Shown here one piece after another: positions 38,001-39,936 of a stretch of DNA of 39,936 nt. The position numbers and the translations under genes are program-made. Position 1 is the stretch's first letter. Every line of letters begins with the position of its first letter. The stretch comes from Methylovulum sp. (GTDB lineage Bacteria; Pseudomonadota; Gammaproteobacteria; Methylococcales; Methylomonadaceae): assembly GCA_004299465.1 (NCBI GenBank), contig SCST01000394.1, forward strand, positions 1 to 39,936. The letters run 5' to 3'. Under the pieces are notes generated by a model. It was not told where the DNA came from, ran no database searches, and was given only the letters and a program-made list of their open reading frames with translations.

Positions 38001-39936
38001 GCCCAAGCGTTTCAACTGATGGCCGAGCAGCTTGTTGCTGCACATCAGCAAAAACAAGTTGAGAATTCGCAGAATACGGAGGCAGCCGTGATAGTCTCAA
38101 AACCCACTGATACCGAGCAACTTGCTCATATCGTAATAGCCGGCATTGAAAACGCAAAGGCGAATATCACTGGCTGGAGTGATTCAGCCGTCCAGGCTAT
38201 GGCATACGATCAAGCCGATCTCGCTATCGAATGGGTGAACCAGGGCATTTACGACAAGGCGCTTGAGCAGCTACGCGCAGCAGCAGAATTAGAAGATGTG
38301 AATTCGGCAGACACGCATTTTAGTGCGGTTGCTGACACGCTTGAGGAAGGCTGGCGTATCTGGCAGCAAGCAGCCGGTGTTGGGCAGGCGATAACGCCAG
38401 AAATGAAACGTTCTTTTGAGTCACTTCCAGCCGACCTGTCTTTACTATCCAGTGCGACTGCCGATGATTATCGGAAAGCGGCGGAGCTGGCTAGACTCGA
38501 AGAAGAGGCGGTTAAAAATAATCCGAATAGTACGGCAGAAGATGTTACTGCGGCTAGAGAGCAGCGGAAAACGGCTGATCTAGCCGCCACGGTTCACGAT
38601 AACGATTTTCAGAAGAAAGTAATTGAGGTTGAACAGCAGCAAGGGAAGCAGACTTCAATTCAGTCTGGGCAGAACACCGATAATGCTATGCCGCAAGGTA
38701 AGGGTCAAAGTGACAAAATTTATATTAATGTTCCGTATCGTGAAAAAAACGAAGCCAAAGCCCTAGGCGCCAGTTGGGATCGAGGGCAACAGTCTTGGTG
38801 CATTCCTGCCGGTGTTGAACAAGCGCCGTTTTCTAAATGGCCGCAAGCGAGTGATTCCAAACCGACTCATCAGGTTCAGACGGCTCCCGTTAAGGCCGCA
38901 ACCGATGAGGTAAGGGCGGATAGACAATATCTCGCGGTTCCGTACAGCGAACGGATTGCGGCCAAGGCCGATGGCGCAGTATGGGATAAAGAAGCCAAAT
39001 CCTGGTACGCAGGGCCAAAGGCGGATATGAGCAAGTTACAGCGCTGGTTGCCGGAAAACGTGAGAAGTCAGCAAGTACCGGCCATGATGCCTCGTGAGGA
39101 ATTTGCCGAAGCGTTGCTCGCCTTGGGCTGTGTCGTTAAGGATCAACACCCCATCATGGATGGTAAGACTCACAGGATAGAAACTGTGGGCGATAAATCG
39201 GGCGAACGCTCTGGGTTTTATGTGGGACACCTGGACGGTCATCCCGCCGGACATATTCAGAATAATCGTACCGGCGAGTCCGTAAAATGGAAAGCCAAGG
39301 GATATTCGTTAAGCGAAGCCGATAAAGCACAGTTGCAGGCCGAGAGTGCGGCCAAGCTGCAAGCGCGCGAAGCTGCGCAGAAAGACACGCAAAACGCGGT
39401 GGCAGTTTCTGTTCGTGAACTGCTGGCGGTGGCTCCATCGGCTCCAGCGGATCATAATTATTTACTATCGAAACAGGCCAGGCCCGGTGATTTGCGGGTA
39501 GTTCCGATAGATGGAAGCGCATTGCCTGACGATTCGGTTGTCATGATTGGAAAGGACTGGAAAGAATCTAAAGCTTTGCGCGAAACACACCCGGATAAGC
39601 TGGTATTTACAGCGGGCGATTTGTTGCTGACCGCCCAAGACGTGAACGGTGAGATCCGCTCAGTACAATCCATTCAAGAAAGCGGCATAAAACGGTTTGT
39701 GGCGGGTGGTGCTAAACAAGACACGTTCCATGTTGTTGGCGGACAAGGGCTTGATGCGCTTGAAAAAGCACCGGCTATTGTTATAGGCGAGGGCTATGCG
39801 ACGGCTGACACTTTATCGCAATCGCTAGGTTACGCCACTGTCGCCGCGTTCGATTCCGGTAATCTGCCGCATGTTGCCAAGCTATTACGCGAAAAATTTC
39901 CAGACAAGCAGTTTGTTATTGCCGGCGATAATGATT
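32007..39936 (+). CDS. traC: Giant polyvalent TraC (3' truncated by the window): N6-adenine MTase + Strawberry-notch SF2 helicase + ArdC-N + zincin MPTase + 2x DUF5710-like + Toprim primase
   Basis: All motifs read in one frame from ATG 32007: QQFSTP 32445, EPSAGTG 32523, NPPF 32718, GDGTGVGKGR 33702, DEAH 34053, SAT 34182, QGFGRTHR 35238, PWQKPW 36879, HELGH 37419, VPY..K..GA.WD 38730 and 38937, EGYATA 39789, AGDND at the window end. The track lists no closed ORF in this frame, consistent with no stop. Confidence 0.92.
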   Translation, partial: MAKTPNPDQNDLFDDWLVLANETVVSNVSVQTQEKESDDIVSIDKSRPILALRLAEKLDKDGQITSKFLTDEANRVFGGTQAEGVYSSKDAYDAMEAAFNIHLVNTEKADWIDHDAAWAKDKASDLTRRIQKLPTQTRRDEEMDEFQQFSTPPALSFVANWVANVKPTDVMMEPSAGTGDLAIWSKIAGAVIVLNELSQRRQALLAGLFPQAKLFQENAEQLNNVLPTDTVPTVIVMNPPFSSTAGRVQGQRDTTNGARHIEQALKRLQDGGRLVAIVGNGMAADRPAFSQWWGELKKKYTVRANIGISGKEYAKYGTTFDNQILVIDKTGATTQPILTGNVESVADLPLLLEDIRNERQHIQPGFIKPAVHADTQAVPDTLQPGNGTGSAGSDTGSIGTESVGNRGDSGTLLTDSQTSGESTVSDVVNDGIGTGSDLQDGSAGIAGGRSGGYTGGNTGVTEGNGSSSIAIEAKSGEISEFTDSVFSNYTPQRLTILGAQQHPGKLVQSAAMSAVEPPAPTYAPVLPNTLIQDGLLSIAQLEALVYAGQAHSDLLPNGSRKGFFIGDGTGVGKGREISGIILDNMMQGRNKAVWVSFNEGLIEDAKRDFSGIGGDPGRLFFQGKTKAGNDITQSDGILFTTYSTLRGGEKKQANDQGQQAGKTRAQQIIAWLGEDFDGVIAFDEAHSMGNAIAVKGKRGVKKPSQQALAGINLQRELPNARVVYVSATGATEISNLSYADRLGLWGEGTPFADVNTFINGVSKGGIASMELISRDMKAMGMYIARSLSYDGVSYERLEHTLSDLQEDIYNELAGSWQIVLNNVEQALEITQAGSSGSGKSAAMAQFWGAHQRFFNQVITAMQTPRVIDDIRQQLDAGHVAVIQLVNTNEAAQERIIADATANDAALEDLDFTPRQMLMDYVRHGFPVAAYQESKDDNGNTVYVPVKDSEGNPVFDREAIALRDALLETLQQIRVPENPLDSIINAFGSDIVAEVTGRSRRFVQTRDEEGNLKVVEEKRGKHSSRADAEAFQNDKKKILVFSGAGGTGYSFHADNTAENQRKRIHYILQPGWRADAAVQGFGRTHRTNQANEPHYVLPTTNLKAQKRFVSSIARRLDQLGALTRGQREATSQGMFTAADNLESQYATTALNNFFSDLYRGKMGLSFHDITKQMGLNLLDENAAFSESKIPAIPQFLNRLLSLKTGQQNAVFGEFEKRLVEAVEYAKQQGLFDVGLQTLTAASIKKTRDDVAYEDKKTGAQTRYVELAVTTTIDYDEWPDVQKIAHNRRHHVDDLSGWFVSEFGKNKGDVFFLADIGERLDSEGHAVRRGVVHTIKKDGYHYVDNADILQRGWEHRAFAVNGVHTYQKITLTRAIDEIEAEKLWTAQVDNAPKTETKTERMLVGVILPIWDRVEGSETIKRLQTDDGEQLLGRLMGPKSAKQTLKNLGLESDLINMSASELFSSIKNGNKAILSNGWEIAIAKVNHEDRIEIKGRSYLTDAEKRVLKDQGAFIERISWADRVFIPTGENGIEVFERITASKPVVELINKNRSKNVNEEEPTYRMAQITPNENAIPDTRGDSMIENVSGGLHFSSDSHQEVISMDKKKAFHETVAEKLIEQLKQGTAPWQKPWQPGEYGSFLPFNPVTGNRYKGINVLHLISQERDDQRWMTYKQAADAGAQVRKGEKGTGIQYWKFSDEHIKKDAAGKPILDGDGKPVKEIIRLERPRAFFATVFNAEQIDGLPPIQRKEQTWNPIERAEGILTASGAEINHNGGSRAFYRPSTDSIHLPDKGQFPNAENYYATALHELGHWTGHQDRLDRDLAHPFGSEGYAKEELRAEIASMILGDELGIGHDPSQHAAYVGSWIKKLQDDPLEVFRAAADAEKIQAYVLDLEQKQVQEKTAQWQQDQDKEGLSTVLAVGIESVLQRPEETSFDHFQDYEGDNMDEALRHHGFNTVGDITGTVPGQFFDTAIKSLSPVFGIDPADENMNNAYLERKGLAQAFQLMAEQLVAAHQQKQVENSQNTEAAVIVSKPTDTEQLAHIVIAGIENAKANITGWSDSAVQAMAYDQADLAIEWVNQGIYDKALEQLRAAAELEDVNSADTHFSAVADTLEEGWRIWQQAAGVGQAITPEMKRSFESLPADLSLLSSATADDYRKAAELARLEEEAVKNNPNSTAEDVTAAREQRKTADLAATVHDNDFQKKVIEVEQQQGKQTSIQSGQNTDNAMPQGKGQSDKIYINVPYREKNEAKALGASWDRGQQSWCIPAGVEQAPFSKWPQASDSKPTHQVQTAPVKAATDEVRADRQYLAVPYSERIAAKADGAVWDKEAKSWYAGPKADMSKLQRWLPENVRSQQVPAMMPREEFAEALLALGCVVKDQHPIMDGKTHRIETVGDKSGERSGFYVGHLDGHPAGHIQNNRTGESVKWKAKGYSLSEADKAQLQAESAAKLQAREAAQKDTQNAVAVSVRELLAVAPSAPADHNYLLSKQARPGDLRVVPIDGSALPDDSVVMIGKDWKESKALRETHPDKLVFTAGDLLLTAQDVNGEIRSVQSIQESGIKRFVAGGAKQDTFHVVGGQGLDALEKAPAIVIGEGYATADTLSQSLGYATVAAFDSGNLPHVAKLLREKFPDKQFVIAGDND
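33076..33420 (+). CDS. Hypothetical 114-aa helical protein overprinted (+1 frame) in the traC MTase-helicase linker
   Basis: GGAGG RBS 33062-33066, 9 nt before ATG. Leu/Glu/Ala-rich, while the host frame is low-complexity Gly/Ser/Thr over exactly this interval. Confidence 0.7.
   Translation: MNVSTYNQDSLNQQSMQILKQYRIPFNPATELAALVLIREALERNLLEIGEIQEPFLLIAKLAANPPLAMSLMTESEPGVTFKMDLPESLEDAAAAILEEILASLKATVPAALQ

Larger units (their letters stand above)
2438..39936. mobile_element. IncP-1-like conjugative plasmid backbone (Trb Mpf, MOBP Dtr, Kor control region) with a Rep_3 iteron replicon
   Basis: Syntenic trb, kor/inc and tra genes, RP4-like oriT, 8 KorB operators, rep plus iterons. No integrase or transposase seen in the window. 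Confidence 0.93.

Overview
The window is most of the backbone of a conjugative plasmid with IncP-1 (RK2/RP4-like) architecture. It carries a near-complete Tra2/Mpf operon (trbA-trbN plus trbP, minus strand), the central control operon korA-incC-korB-kfrB, and Tra1 (traM-L-K, an RP4-like oriT, traJ-traI/traH-traG-traF-traD-traC). Eight perfect KorB operators are present. It departs from canonical IncP-1 in four ways. (1) The ssb-trfA-oriV/kil-kor arm between trbA and korA is replaced by a Rep_3-type initiator with 21-bp iterons, flanked by vapBC and higBA toxin-antitoxin pairs. (2) trbO, kfrA, kfrC, traE and the IncC1 extension are missing from their usual positions. (3) A KorB-operator-bracketed cargo block (Lcl/DUF1566 protein, DUF4160-DUF2442 pair, orphan antitoxin-like ORF) lies in the predicted leading region. 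(4) traC is a giant ORF absent from the supplied track because it runs off the window end (32007->39936, at least 2643 codons). It fuses an N6-adenine methyltransferase, a Strawberry-notch-type SF2 helicase, ArdC-N, a zincin metallopeptidase, two DUF5710-like repeats and a Toprim primase. It also has candidate internal in-frame starts and a 114-aa gene overprinted in its MTase-helicase linker. All family assignments come from recalled motifs and gene order, not database searches.
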